A stretch of 64,000 bases of DNA from Setoptus koraiensis (Eukaryota > Animalia > Arthropoda): contig CM106586.1 of NCBI GenBank assembly GCA_048013815.1, positions 18,786,001 to 18,850,000 of the forward strand, written 5' to 3'. A program made the translations under genes and the position numbers. The notes under the pieces were generated by a model that saw nothing but the letters and a program-made list of their open reading frames with translations, was not told the origin of the DNA and searched no databases. The first letter of the stretch is position 1. The number at the start of each line of letters is the position of its first letter. Positions 38,346 through 53,200 of this stretch are shown here, in pieces.

Positions 38346-38651
38346 GCGAGCAGCTTTGAATAGGCCGGCCTAGCCAGGCGACGGGGGCCAGTTTGAATGC
38401 TGGCTTATCTCGTCTCGGTGCATACCCATATAGACACGACAGCATGTTATTAGTTTTCTAACTGGCGCACGGGGGCCGGCCCGACAATGAGCATTGGCAT
38501 GATATTGAAAATAATCAATTTAAAATGTTGGCCTCGCTGATGAGGCCCGCGACAGTGTCGGCCATCATCGTTGCGACGGCCTATACGCCACTCGTGGCCA
38601 AAATATATACACGTGTAATATATATACAAGTGCCTTGTCTTGCCGGGGTCC

Positions 38652-38744
38652 GTCTCATTTGGTCGCATTGGATCTCGTTTGGTCTCATTCAGTCTCATTT
38701 GGTCTCGTTTGGTCTCATTCAGTCTCATTTGGTCTCGTTTGGTC
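38652..38744. repeat. 10-nt unit GTCTCATTTG with 30-nt higher-order repeat
   Basis: Directly visible. Confidence 0.85.
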
Positions 38745-41700
38745 AGCGATGTCTCGCTGACATGCTGGCCGAAATTGTATATAGGGTCGAATTAGCGCAC
38801 TGTGTGTGTGTGTGTCACAATGTTGTTGCATTACCGCTATATTAGCGAGCAACCGGACAGCCGACAACTGGAATCAAGTCGCATAGTGATATACGCACAC
38901 TTGATGACTCGAGTTTAGAATCGCGCAAGCCAATAGCGCCACATAGTAGCCGGATAGCAGTAACTAACATGCAATAATAACGCGCGAATAAAATGCAATC
39001 GCTCGTCAGCGGCATTACATAACCTTGTTATGCTATTATATAACAAGTGTGTGTGTGTGTACCAAACGAATTGTTACTCCGTGTGGCCGACTAACAAACT
39101 AACAACATTGCGTCATCGTGCTCAATGGTCGTGGCGACATTACGCAAGCGAGCACGACGATGATTATATCGGCACGTAACATGGAATATATTATTTAAAA
39201 TTAATTTAATATCGCCGCCACTCTCACTCGGAATAATAAATAGCCAATCATCGCGCGCGAGTCGACACTCACATTTATATCAGCCTTCATACCAGCTTTT
39301 TCACCAGCTTTTTCACCAGCTTTTTTACCCGCTTTTTTACCAGCTTTTATACCAGAGGCAGCGCCTACAAATAGCGCGGGCCTCTGGATTTAAATTGACG
39401 CCACTCGGCGGCCATTCCTATAAGTCGCGACTCGCTAGCAAGCCGCGAGCTGGCCAACTCATTATATAGGCGACTAGGCGTCGTTGTGAGTCAGCAGCCT
39501 ACGCTGCGACGATGGTCAGTTTAAAGGATATTCCGCTCGGCCTGGCGATGCTCCCATTTGGCGTTGCCCTGAAATGTCCCTCAAACCGAAATGTCGCTCG
39601 GCCTGCTTCGGTTGTGCGGCGGCGCTTGTTGGCGCCCTGAGCGGGGCCCAATTTGAATTGACAGCACTCAATCGGTCAAGATTTGAATAGGCTGGCGTCG
39701 CGCGTGCCAGCGTGTTTGCTGTGGGGCGCCCATCGGACAATTCGAGCGGCTCGTAATGATTTGAAATTCAATTGGCGCCAACGACGACGAAATGAAAGGC
39801 TCGTTTTGGGTTTGGGCTTTGGGCTCCCAAGTTTTGGGGTTTTGGGCTGTGGGTGAGTTATTGCATATCACAACACACTCGACCAGTTGTCACCAATTGG
39901 CGGCATATTTAATAGGCCAGCTTGCCCACTAAGAGAGCCCATTATCGGGCACTGGCCGCCGGCCAAGTAGACTCCCGGGGCAAGTGGCCAGGCCCGAGAC
40001 AACGATGGCTTTGTCCACAATGGGGCGCGCAACGCAATGGGGCCCGCGGATTGCGTCACGTGGATAGATAACGGCAAATAACGGCCAATTGAATATGCTG
40101 CAGCTTGATACCGTTAGCGGGGCTGCGACTGGCGGCCAGCAGCGGAGATTAACATGAAGTGAAAGTCGAGAGAGAGAGAGAGAGCGAGAGCGAGTTAAAA
40201 GTCACACTATTGACGCTCGATAATCACCTATTATTGTCAGTGTTATTTGAATAAAAGTGCTGCCACTATTTGTCTGTTGTTTATGTGCTCCTTGTCGGGC
40301 CGCTGCGGCCAGCGCCAAACCGGTGGTTGCATAACATTGGCGCCTCACACGAATACAGTTAGAGTTGATCATAGCGCGAGGGTCCCCGTAGTGCCACTAT
40401 GAGGCGAAAAAAGAAATAATAAAAACGAAGCAAGTAGCAAAAAACAGTTACCGCACCAACCAAAACACAGTGTGTGCAAACAACAACGACAATAAAATCA
40501 AATCACTAAATCTAAGATGGCGCTGACCAATCAGCGAGTCAGCTGACCGGCTGGCCGATGAGGGCTGACCGAATGAGAAATGCAAGAGGATTAGGCCATT
40601 AGCACGTGTAGCGCCGACGTGCATATAACGTGCGGGGCGACGGGTTTTTTTAAAATTGTCAATTGGCGCCGCATTGACTTACGTAACATTATAATGGTCA
40701 GCGTGCACATACTGCGCGTATATCGCGATATGTCGCTTACATACGCTGGCCGGTGTATGTAGCGGCGTGTGGCGCATTATGGCATTATAACGTATTATAA
40801 TGGCCGTAATGCTGGCCAGCGCGCAATTCGCCAGAGATGCACAATGTTTACGATCACGGCACAATTGGCAGTAACGCGCCAGCGGTGTATGTAATGTGCA
40901 GCACATTATATAATATATAATATTAAATTATTTTGATAGTTTTGGCGTTGATGACAAAAACTTCGCTTTGCTCTGCCGCTCGCGTTGCGTAACAGCCTGG
41001 CCTCGTTTGCTGGCGGCCACTGCCGACCTGACCGGCGATTTGACCAATGATTTGGCCATGAGCTGGCGATGAGCTGAGCGCGCCGCTGACACCGACGATG
41101 GCCCCAACAATCGCCGCCGACCGGCAGGCAGGTGAGCCCCATCTGTTGTGGCTGCCGGTGTGTCCTGCGGCGCTGTTGCAGTTGACCGCGGGCGCCGCAT
41201 TGGACGGTCGGCGCGCCGTCCAACAGTGTCCAACGATGCCCGACAGTGTCCATTGATGCCCGACAGTGTCCATCGATGTCTAATAATGTCTAATAATGTA
41301 ACGATTGTGCAAACAACAGCCCCGCTCTCGCACAGCCCGTATGCAAATGCGCGCCAAACGCGCGCGCAGCACACAGCTTGCGGCAGCACGTACCGAGCAC
41401 GTGACGTGATTTGTCCATCTGACACAGTGGCAACTGAGGCGACAGTGGCAACAGTTGACAGTTGCTCACGGTCGCACGGCTCACACGCGCTGTTGGCGCG
41501 GTGCGGCACAGGTTCTGGCCCACATTCGCCGGCCAACTAGCGGCCGGCACCGGAACAACCTGGCGACCAGTTGATATTTAACGTCGACATGCCGACGGCG
41601 CCAAACCAATGACGCAATGAACTCTCACCGCAACTGTCCAACTGTCTTGTGCCGCGTGCCCAGTTGCGCCAAACGAAATTGTGCCAAACTCCGGCAGCCA

Positions 41701-42640
41701 AAGTGCGGGCCAAAGTGGTTGCGCAACTGTCGCCGTCGTCGTCGTGGCCGCCGCACACAACCAAACACAACGACCGGTGACACCGCCTCCTGTCAATTGT
41801 GCGCACTTCCTCTCGCCAGGTGAACGCTTCCTCTGGGCAATTGTTGTTGTTTGTTGTTGTTGTTGCTGCTGTTGTTGTTGCTGTTGGCACTTTCTCGAGC
41901 GACAGTTGACAGTTGTTGTTGTTGCCAAGTTGTTGCAAAATCACCGCATACTGCGCAGTGATTTTGTGCGTTCGGTGGCACAAACCGAACAGCCGCCTGT
42001 CCGGTTCGCTGCGGCACTGGCGCCGCACCGTCAAGACCGCGCCAGTCGGTCGACAGTTGCGGCAACTGTCAACCGACTGTCAACTCTGTGTCACAAACCG
42101 GCGCCGATCGACTCTGTCCGGCTTGCTCGATGGCTCGTGTCCCGTCAAGCCGACAGCGGCCACTCGGCAGCCCGACAGCGGCCACTCGACAGCGGCCACT
42201 CGACAGCGGCAGCCCGGCAGCGGCAGCCCGACAGCGAGTGCACAAAGTCTTATGTGACATTGATAAAAATGAGCAGAATAATCAGAGTAAAAATTGGGCC
42301 CGATTTAAATTGTGACCACAATTTTCACAAATGTATCAGCTGACAATTTGTGACAATTGTGAGCGGATGCCACAATATCAACAGCGTCCGCCCGCACACC
42401 AACCTGTAGCATCGCCTGGCGGCGCTAAGCCGAAGCACAGTTATTGCGTAACACTTGTGCCATTGTATTATTATCATCACTGGTCAGTGACACGCTCAAA
42501 GCTGGGGCTGTGGGGTGTGGCCCCCTGGCGGCCGAACTTGTTGCCCGATTGGTGGACTTACTTACTGGCTTGAGACTTGAACAAACAGCTCAATTTATTC
42601 TCATCCGTCATGTGCGACGCTCGCCCAGTGGTCAGTTTGC

Positions 42641-42744
42641 TTGACCAGTGGCCAGTTTGCCTGACCAGCGGCGAGTTTGCCTGACCAGCGGCCAGTTTGC
42701 CTGACCAGCGGCCAGTCCGCTTGACCAGTGGCCAGTCTGCCTGA
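42641..42744. repeat. 20-nt minisatellite TGACCAG(C/T)GGCCAGTTTGCC x5
   Basis: Directly visible. Confidence 0.9.
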
Positions 42745-45700
42745 GCGTAGCGCACGGTCGGGCACATTGGCATTGGATATTCAGATGTATTTAGATGTTC
42801 GGATATTCGCATGGGGGCCAGTTGGTGGCGCCCACGGACAGAGAGAGAGAGAGAGAGCGATCTAAAAATAGAGAGGATCAGGCAAAGTAGTGCCATTGGC
42901 TAATCTGGTTTAAGCAATCTGTCATGATGAGCAAACAGCGGAAGCGGCGCGAGCCAACAAAATGCAAAAAAGCACGCGCGCTCTTTTGCATCACATAATC
43001 GAATCTATGGTTTGCGGCCATCGGTGGCGACAATAATTCTTTGTTCTTTGCTTCTTTTGTGCTCGCTGGTCACTGGTCACTCGCTGGTCACTGGTCACTC
43101 ACTGGTCACAGTGTTTTTTGTTGCCTTGAATCGGCGCGACTCCCCCGCAATTTAGCGCTTCTATTTTTGCGTGTGACTTGGCCCCATAAGTTGGCTAATG
43201 GACACACGAGCCAAATGACAACTGGTGGCCGAATCGCCGCATAGCAAATAAGCAAAACAGGCAACATAAGCAGCAACATGAGTGAAATAAGCGACACAAG
43301 CAAAGTAAGCAAAATAGCCGAAATGACAGAAATGGCCGGAGTAAGAGCAGCGAAGGGTGAGGAGCGCGGTCACAAGTTGGCGCCGGTGAGAGCGAAGTTG
43401 CTCAAAAGAAGCGAAAAGAAACTCTAAAAAAGCCAGCCTCACACCGGCCACTGGCCACTGGATTTGCGCCAACAATCAAATCGGACGCCCACGCGCGCGT
43501 GCTGGCGCCCCAATTCATCATTTTGGCCAACTCGCCAACTGTTTGTTTCTGGCAACGCTTTTGGCCGTTGTTGCAATGGCCACTGTTTGCCGCTGGCAAT
43601 TATGCAAACGATTATGTGTGTCCGGCGCCAACGTGTCCAACGTGGCGATACGCCAATATTATATTACGTGAAATTGGCAATAATGGCCAAGAGTTAGTTA
43701 CATAATATATTGTTGTCGCTGGTCGCGATAGGTGCGCGCTGTCGCGCGTTTTCTCTCAAATCAATCACTGACCCGGGGCCGTGTCGGGCGGCCCGTGTAG
43801 CCGCGTCATAAATAACCGCTGCGGCCGCCATGAATGCGCCGACTGCCGGACTGATTGCGGGCCGGCCAGTGGCCCGAATTGCAAATTCGGAAGCCGGCGC
43901 TTCGAATTTCGGCCAGCGTCGTCGAGTGGCGTCGCGCCGCGCCGCGTAATCCAAGCCGCTCCGATTATCGCGGCATTATGTCGAAATGCGCGCCACCGGA
44001 CATTTGATACAGCTTTGAATGATAGTTTTTTGGCCGTCTTCGGCAGGCCAAAAACGACACTCGGACACCGACACCGACAACCGGGCGCGTGACGCAACAA
44101 TTCGGCCAGTCGAGCCGGCTGGCCCCGGCAATGGGCCAGTGCGACGCACTGAAAACCACAACAACAAACACACGAAACGCCGAAAGTCAAGCCGACGGCC
44201 GGCCCAAGGAGGCGCAAGTCGACCAGAATGACCACTGGTCATCTTGACTGGCCAACTGCCGGCTATCAGCTGTCGCCGTTGTGTCAGCTGTTGCGTTGTG
44301 CCCGTGTGACGTCTCTATGATCGCTATGTCGTAGCTGCTCACGAGTCAGTTTGCTCGCTTGCACCCATATCGCACCAGTCGAAATTGTCCGCCGGAATTG
44401 CTTGCGCAAGCGGACGGACGCAGAATTGCGAGTTGTGCGAGGAGCGGACTGGCGCAGAATTTCGAGAACTGACGCCTGATCGATATCAATGATTTCTCAT
44501 TATTTCTGATTATGTTGATGATCGAGTCGCCGGCGACGACGCCGCGTGCCGTTCGCGCGCCTCACTACGCGCGTGCACGTCGCCAGGCGGCAACATTCTC
44601 GCAATCCCGTTCATTTACATATGGCCAGTACTGGCCACTGGTCGCCACCGGCCGCCACTGGTCAGCGCTGGTCAGCGCTGGTCAGCACTGGTCAGCACTG
44701 GGCACCGGCTGGTCACCGACCGGGTCACTGAGACCGGGCGGCGCCCAACGGTCGCCGGGCAAATCGCAAAATGCAAAGTGAAATGCAAAGTGAAACGCAA
44801 AAGAAACTGGGTCACCTCCGTGGCTCGGCCGGCCGCTCCGCTTGTTTCGGGCCGCAGCTGTTTGCGGGCGCCGCTGCTTCGGGCCGCTGCGGCCAAGTGC
44901 CGGCTCGCGCGACCGTAATCATTGCCCGACAGGGGCGCTATCTCAACTCATTATATTATATCTGAATTGGTCGCGATTGGGCCGCGCCGCCGTTAGAGCT
45001 CATTATCGCTCGCTGGCGCTCATTTATATCTGATCTCGTTTATATCCGCTGTTTACGTCCACTGGCGTTTATATCCGTTTCTCGGATGTAACAGCGCACA
45101 AGTGCATAAACAAGTGCCCCAAATGGCCTATATGCACTTGTTTGGGCACTTGTTTAAGCGGCCAGAAATGTTGTTGTCGTTGTTGTTGTTGTTGTCGCTG
45201 TTGTTGCCGCTGTCGTTGTTGTCGCTGTTGTCGCTGTTGTCGTTGTTGTTGTTGTTGTCGCTGGTTGTTGTTGTCGTTGTTGTTGCGCAACGTCAACAAT
45301 GCCGAACCGTGTAAACAGTGGTCGCTTTGCATACAAACTCATTACAATTTAACAATGCAAGTAATCATGCACGGCCATCTCATATGAGGCCTGTGCCCGG
45401 CAACGAGCCAACTGTTGTTAATGTGCACCACACACACGCACAACTACACTGTGTAGTCTACACAAACTGCCGCACAAAACGGCACAAAATTACATAAGCG
45501 GCGCATGCTAATTTTGTGCACAGGGGCGCCTATATTTATTTACTGGTGGCCTCTGTGCACCGTTCCCTCCATGTGCGCCATGTGGGCAAATAAAAAGCAC
45601 AGTTACGCTTGCTGCACTTGTCTAACTAGCGGCGCTTACGTAACCAACTGACTGCGTAGCGCGAGTTTAATCTGACAGCGGCTGCCGGCGGCCCGATGTC

Positions 45701-46722
45701 GCCATTTATATAAGCGGCGCTCGCGTAGCAAATGAACGCGCCAACGCCACTAGCGACAACATAAAAATTTCGAGCGATGCATTAGGTTGCGTTTTAGAGA
45801 GTCGCCGCTGGTGCTGCTGCTGGCCTTGCTATTGCCAGAAGAGATGACATTTGCGAGTTGCACGCGCTGCCATCGGTGACAGTGGCAAGTCAAGTGGGTA
45901 CGCGCCACTCGAGATGAGATGTAAATTGAGCCCGCTCGAGTCGCAAAAGTCGCTATGCTCGCTCGCCTAAGTACGCCAGCGCGCGATAATAGATAGGGGC
46001 GCTGATTAGATTTGTTGTTGGTGGCGCTGCCGGCCGTCCGGCTATCTGGCTATCGTATATCTCGCATATATATATATACGCAACAACCAGATATACGTAT
46101 ATGTGTGTGTGTTTGTCGCACCTAATCTCATCTCATTTCTTGCATGATCCCTCATTGGACGGCGCTGCGAATGTGTGCGAAAGTAGTTGCGCAAACGGCT
46201 GCTAGGGCGCACTTGGCAGCACTGGCAAGTGCGAGTGTGCGATGCCCATTGGTCGGACTGGCCCAACACAGTGTATCGTACCATCAATGGATGAATATGC
46301 CTGCTCGGCCTGTCCACTAGGTGGCCGGTGAAGTGATGCATAATGAGAGACGCAGATTGTTGTCAGTGCAGTGTCAGTCGAACGCCCACAACACGGAGCC
46401 ACTTGCTAGCACGAGAGACACGGAGATGCAATAATTTAAATAACGGTCAGCGGCACAAACAACAACGCGGACGGATGCCAAGGATTACGTAATCATTCAG
46501 AGCTAGTTGTGCGTGTCGTGTCGCGTTCGCAACTGAAACACGACAGCAACAGCAGCGGCAGCACAACAACAACAACAACAACGACAACAACAGCAACAAC
46601 CGTAACAACTCACACCAGCGCCACTGTGCAACTGCATATAGGCTTTCTATGTCCGCAGGCCTGATTATGCAATCGGTGCGATCGTCGTCGTTGTCGCTGC
46701 CGATGTTGTTGTTGCTGTTGTT

Positions 46723-46753
<31 letters not shown>

Positions 46754-48649
46754 TAGTTGTTGTCGCTGTTGTTGTTGTAGTTGTTGTTTCTGCTGCTGCT
46801 GCTGTTGCGTCACGAACACGCTGGTAATACAATCAGTGCTACTGGCCCCCGCTAATGCCTCGCTCGTCCGATTTACATGATATGATTTGAGCTGGCCTGC
46901 ATTAAAAGGACCGATTCAAGCATGTAAATCGCTGGCCCGTCTCCCATCAATTTGCGCGCGTGCTCCTCATCTCGGCCTCTTTCTTCTCCCATCCGCTCGC
47001 CTGCTCGCTTCCTTGGCCCGCAACAACAGCAACAATACGCGCACCGGCCCCCATTATTGAAACGAGCTTGGCCAAGCGGCTCAAACCGGATGGCCTATAT
47101 GGGTTGTTTTATTTTGATTTTGTTTTATTCCATTTGGCGCTTTTATCCGCGCTGCCGCTGCCACTGAACCGAACGGAACCGATCGGGGCCGGTCGGGGCC
47201 GGTCGGGGCCGGTCGGAGCCGATCGCTGGTCGGCCCGACGACGCCAAAGGGCCACTAGCGCAACCCGACGGCCACCCGACGGCCGCCCAACGGAACCAAA
47301 AAGAGGCGCACGACCACTGACCGATTGAGCGATTGAATTTAAATTAGGCAAATCGCGCACACACAACAACTGAGCGTCTCAGCAGCGAGAAATCATCAAA
47401 TCGAATTGCCTATATAAATTTATATATATATCCATCGCCAGTGGGCAGCTCCATCCAAATACAACACTCGTTGGCCCCAATTATGTATTGTATATATTAT
47501 AGGGCCAGTGGCGGGCTGGTCGTTGGCAGCACTTGACTGGGCCTATTATTACTATTATTATCATTGCTATCATCATCACCAGCGCCACTATTGATGTTAT
47601 CGAGACGCGCCAGTCACTGATGATTATGACTGATGTCCAACTGACTCGCTCTTACATAATATTTGCCAAATTGCGCGCCTATATCTGTGTTGTGCCAGCC
47701 ACATATTTGCCAAAATTCAATCCATCTCCGCGCACACAAACATTCAGTATGCCGATATCTTATTATATCGAGATATATAGATATCTATAGATAATAATAA
47801 TGCGCAATATATGCAGGCGCCCGCATCTATGCTGATAAGCGCCCCTGGTGGACATTGATTATGTAACATGGCCGGCGTGCACTGCCGCCCATGAATGACT
47901 AATGCTTGTTTACTTATATCTGGTTATAAGTCTAACCGGGCCGCCACGAGCCCCATTGGCAACCCGATGACAACGCTCAGTGCGCCAAATACAAATTGCC
48001 CAAATTTTGTCGGGCCCCAATGCACCCACCAACTGTACCTTTAGTAGTTTAGCTCGGGGCACATTGGCGTGCGGGGCATTCTCAGCTAGTGCGAACATAT
48101 ATAATGTTATGTTGTTGCCGTTTTGTCCGTGATAGGTGGCCAGTGGTGGTCAAATAATGAAAATAATCAGCCAGTCAGCTAGAAGAACTCAGCTGGCTCA
48201 GCGAGGCTAATTAACAATCAGGCTACCTCTCGCTCTCTATTGACAGCTTGCGTGAGCCTCCTCATTAGCACCTATAACGCGGCCCGATTGTTTGCGCAAA
48301 TCATTTGCTCATTCAGACATTTGTTTATTCGTCCACAGTTGGTGGGGTCGAGTGGGGCCCCTGGCGGCAGCGAGCGGTCGCTAGCTCCGGCCAACAGTCG
48401 CTAGTAACCACTGTGCCACTATTCGTTGTAGGCTGCAATCTGGCCAGCGCTGGAGTGACACTGATTTGATTGCGCAGTGTGCAGTGCCTGTGCCAAAAGG
48501 ATGTTGTGCCATGTGTTATGCAAACTGTGCAAGCTGGGGCCCGCATTACGCATTACGCAATCAGCGAGCTGGGGGCGCTCGCGTTGTGCGAGAATCAGAT
48601 TTGTTCGAGAGCTTTTGATGGCTGTTGTGCGGCCTCGAAAGTGCCATCA

Positions 48650-48735
48650 TTTTCAGCATTTTCCACATTTTCCACATTTTCAACATCTTCAACATTTTCA
48701 ACATTTTCAACATTTTCCACATTTGCCGCATTTTC
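48650..48735. repeat. 9-nt minisatellite TTTTC(C/A)ACA
   Basis: Directly visible. Confidence 0.85.
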
Positions 48736-49151
48736 CTCATTTTGCGCACAAAATGCCGCTGTTGGCCTGAATTTTTCGCTCTCCGAAGCCGTCGGGCGTA
48801 AACTGGACGCAGAAGCGGCTGCAAACTCAAAAACTAAACGTCTCAATGGTTTGAGTGGCCAATATTGATTTGAATGTCGCCTGCAACGAGCCGCTGACCG
48901 GTCACTGGTCGCCGTGGCCGGGCCCCAATTTAAATGTGCACCCAAGCGCCATGCTCGGCGATATGCGTTGACGTACGACGTTGACAATAACGTCGGATAG
49001 AATGACAATAGAATGGACACTATAACCGTTATAGATTTGAGTGGCACGAGTCTGGCGAGCACATATCGCGCGAATGGCGCAAATCGCGTGCCGAGAGCGG
49101 ACACAAAGTGCTCGTTAGAGAGCAGATTCTTTGCGCATTCTTTGCAGATTC

Positions 49152-49212
49152 TCGCTAGATTCTCTGCTGCGGATTCTCTGCTGCGGATTCTCTGCTGCGG
49201 ATTCTCTGTAGA
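49152..49212. repeat. 14-nt minisatellite GATTCTCTGCTGCG
   Basis: Three exact copies with degenerate flanking copies. Confidence 0.8.
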
Positions 49213-50180
49213 TTCTGTGCGGATCGTTGTAGATTTCTCAGCGGAATATTCACAAATAAAACACACACACACACAACAATGCTTCATAAAGTCGCTATTT
49301 TAAAAAAGAGACGCTTGCAACGAAACGCGACACGACCGGCCGACGCAAATAATGCGAGCGCGGGGTCGTGTGAATTCGCCCGTCTTGCACCCAGAATCTA
49401 TCATTATGTGAACGCCGTTATCTTGTTACGTCATTATTCGCAATGGCGCAAGTTGGGCTCGATTATTGCAGGCTATCATTATTATTTCTATGCCATTAAC
49501 TTGTAGTATTGTAGATAATAATTGACACTGCAGACAAACTTGGCGCCCGAAACTCGCTTTGCGTGTGCGTTTAAAATTTGCCCCGAAAAACAACTGCGCA
49601 CACTTTTGCTTGTCGGCTATTTTTTTTGGGGCGAATTCCCCAAAACGAAACAAACGGATGCCACGAGAAGCCCCGATTTCGGAACGAGCCAGCCATTGGC
49701 GAGACAAGTTGGCCGCCATTGGCGAGACAACTTGGCTAGCGGTACTCTGAGCGTCGGAGTCTGACGGCATCGCGAAGCATGCAAATCTCGGCTCGGCGGC
49801 GAAAAGTTCACGCCAACTCGCGAACGACATTATAGACATTGAGCGGCGACGCAATAATCGTATATCATGCGCATCACAGTGGTGATATATGTCCGTGTAT
49901 ATATGCGTACATGTGCAAGGGGGAGCTGGCCAGTGCGCCAGTGGAGATATAGGAAATGGGCGCAAAGTGGACAAACAGATTCAAATTGTGACAAATGGGA
50001 ACCGGAGCTGGTGGCGGCTCGAGCGCGCCCATGACAGCATAAGTAAATACAGGCCAGTTCTGGAAATAGCACGCCAGTTGTCCGACAAATATGCACCAAT
50101 TGAATAATCAAGCAGGCGAGCGAATAATAATGATGAATGATTGCATATCATTGTTGTTGTTGGCCCATCCGGCATGCGCC

Positions 50181-50280
50181 AACAGCCGACAACAGCCGCC
50201 AACAACCGCCAACAACCGCCAACAACCGCCAACAACCGCCAACAACCGCCAACAACCGCCAACAACCGCCAACAACCGAC
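50181..50280. repeat. 10-nt minisatellite AACAACCGCC x10
   Basis: Directly visible. Confidence 0.92.
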
Positions 50281-53200
50281 AACAACGGCGACAACGACAA
50301 CACACACACACACACACACACACAGCGACGGCAGCAAGCAGCAAACACGAGCGCGTATCAAATGTGCGCGCTGCCATCAAATGACCACTGATGACGTAAT
50401 CGATGATTGAATATGATTAATATGCTATCAGCGACAACCGACACGACAACAGCAACATCCATCATAATCATGAATATACATTAGGAGGTCACTTGCGGCA
50501 GCTTACCTTGCCTGGTACGTGCAGCAGGCAACCAACGTTTGGCTTGCGCTGCGCTGTGCACAACAAATTTGCACGTGCTACCATGTAATGCACTTTACAT
50601 CTAAATAAAACATTGTAAGAAATGAAACACGGCGCACCGCTGTGCATAACGCGCTGTGTAAATGTGCAAACAAGTGGCACAGCAGCAACAACAACAACAA
50701 TTTGTGCCCGGCATCTGGCACTTCCTGTTCTAATTCTGGCCGTCGCGTGCTGTGCTAGCGCCGTCAGCTTCTATTTCAAGCCAGTGACTTGGTTTCTTTT
50801 GAGACAATCTCTTTCACAGAGCGTCTTTTTGAATCGTCTCGGGATGGCAGCCAAACGGGACTCATTTCGCAACAAAGGAGGCCCCTTTCGTGATGTGCCA
50901 GCGGCTATCGGCGGTACTAGCGAGCGGCTCGCAGCAGTTGATGGCGGCACGAGAGCAGGCATTAGATTGCGAGCAATCGGTCAAGTAGGCGCGCCATGTT
51001 TTGAGCGCAGTGCGCCGGCGTCGCTCAATAAATTTGTTTCGGCCCCCTGGCTCGACTCGATGTAAACTGAACCCAATGATCGATGATATTTAAAACGACG
51101 ACGATGATGAAGACGCCGGCGACGACGACGACGACAACGACAACACGCGTACACACGCGTACACTTGCGACACTCAGCGCCAGAGGCGGACGCGCCAGGC
51201 CACCGGAAGTGAGATAAAAGCGCCGCTGCTGGCCAGTGGCTATTTGCGTCCGGCACATACATGGCTGCATATGTAACTGACCGTATATAACTCGTCGTAT
51301 ATATACATACGACTGCATGCACGGCCCTCGTAATGGCTGCACATGTGGATATTGCGCCCTATTCATGTATGGATGTGGCGAGACTATTTAAAGATATATC
51401 TGTGCCTATTTGGCATTCACTGGTCGCTCGTGCGCTTATTACGTAATACGTCGCCGTTGCGTCACACTCGGGACATCGCGACGCCGGCCATCGAGACGTT
51501 GTGGGCCCCATTAATACATATATAGATATATATATATATGTGCGACAAGATAGCGGCCTGTGTCGGCATACATTAGGCAGTGAGCATTAGCTGTGAGTGA
51601 CCAATTCAAGTCAAGTCCGGCTGTGCGAAAAGCCGTTTGCGGGCCGGCTCAAATAGCTCGATATAAAGCGGCTGTGCGGATTCATCGGGTCTGTCTGGCG
51701 CACTCATTGACGTGTCTAGACACTTGGAGGACACATTGTCTGGTTGCGCGTGATTTGGGGCGCACCTAGGGGCTTATTTAAAGACGCGGCGCCGGAGACA
51801 ACGTGCGAAAGAGGGCGCAAAAGAATGTCGGCCGCTGGGCGCCTTCGAAGCGCGACAAGGCAACTGCCAGAAGTGAGCCGGAGCAAAGCAAATAAACGGG
51901 GCCAAGCACAATTGGGGCTCGCGTCACGCCAACGGTCAAGCCATGGGCCCGAAAATGAACAAAAAAAAAAGAAAACGATAATAAATAAAAGAAAATAGAA
52001 AGATCGATTTTGAATTTAAAGTAGGCATGAAATGTGCGTGTCGGCGTGTCGCGCCTCACATTATAGTAATGGGCGCCATATCTAGTTTTGTCCGCGTTCT
52101 GGCGCGGCTGTGTCCGCAGCGCCAGCCAGCGATGTGTCCACTGTGATTGTCAACATTAAACGGTGATACAATTACCAATTGCAATGAGATACATTCATTG
52201 GCACTATTTGGGCCGCGTTTGTTGACACAAGAATAATGGTAATTTTAAAATCATTAATAGTATCACTTTTCACACGCGGCCCGGATGAGGAGCGCGGCCG
52301 GGCAAAGTGTTGCTACAGCGCGCATGAATGCGATTCTCTCGCCTCTCTGCGTCACTCTGGGCCACCGGCCCAATTTGGAGCCCCTCGCCACTGGCCCAAT
52401 CTGGGGCCCCTCGCAAAACTGCGACTTTCGGGCCTACCGAGCCCCAAAACTCGGCGGTCCCAACGATCCGGTTTCACTGGCTCTCTTCGAGCTTGCAGAC
52501 TCATCATTGCACGCAGCGCCACACCAAATGTTGCACATCACATGATCATATTGCCCCGTATTGACGCCCTATTATCTGCTGAGGCCGTTCAATGTGTTCG
52601 GCTGTTCACTGTCGCGCTCACGGCGACGAGCAATCACCGAGAGGGCGCAAGTTTGCATAAGAGTGGCATCGCTTTAATTCAATCTCACTCATTCTTATCC
52701 AACCTGATCTGATCGTGCCAATCTGATATCCGCCCGATCCGGTCCGTGGCCGGCGTCGCTAGGTGGGACAAGTAGCGGATTGTTGAATGGCGCGCATGAA
52801 CAGGCTCGGGCCGAGCCGCGCGGACGAGCATTCGAAAAGCGCGCGCTCGTTAGCGGGGCCCCCGCGGCCCGGCGAAGATGGATTGGTTGCAGCGAAGAGT
52901 TGAGTGGCTCCACTTGAGTCGCACTCTTCACTGCAGTTGTTGCGGCAGTTGTTGCGGCAGTTGTAGTTGCAGTTCAATTGAACAGCGCGCGTTATGTAAC
53001 AACAACAACAACAACAACAACAGCAACTCGTTATGCAACTGACTTGCGACAATCACAACACACTGTTGTTGGTGACGCAAGTCTGTGGGCGCGCCCTCAA
53101 TAGGCAATTTGTCAGTGTTGTGACAGTGCGAGTGTTGGTAGAGTTACCGTTATAGTTTCATGTTGTGCAGTTATAAAGTTGTGCAGTTGTAAGGTTGCAC

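Noticed and set aside
46610-46830. Mixed CAG/CAA poly-Q segment with a possible acceptor and GTGAGT donor as an upstream nub exon
   Set aside because: The exit phase (2) does not match the phase-1 acceptor before nub exon 1, and similar tracts are common in non-coding DNA here
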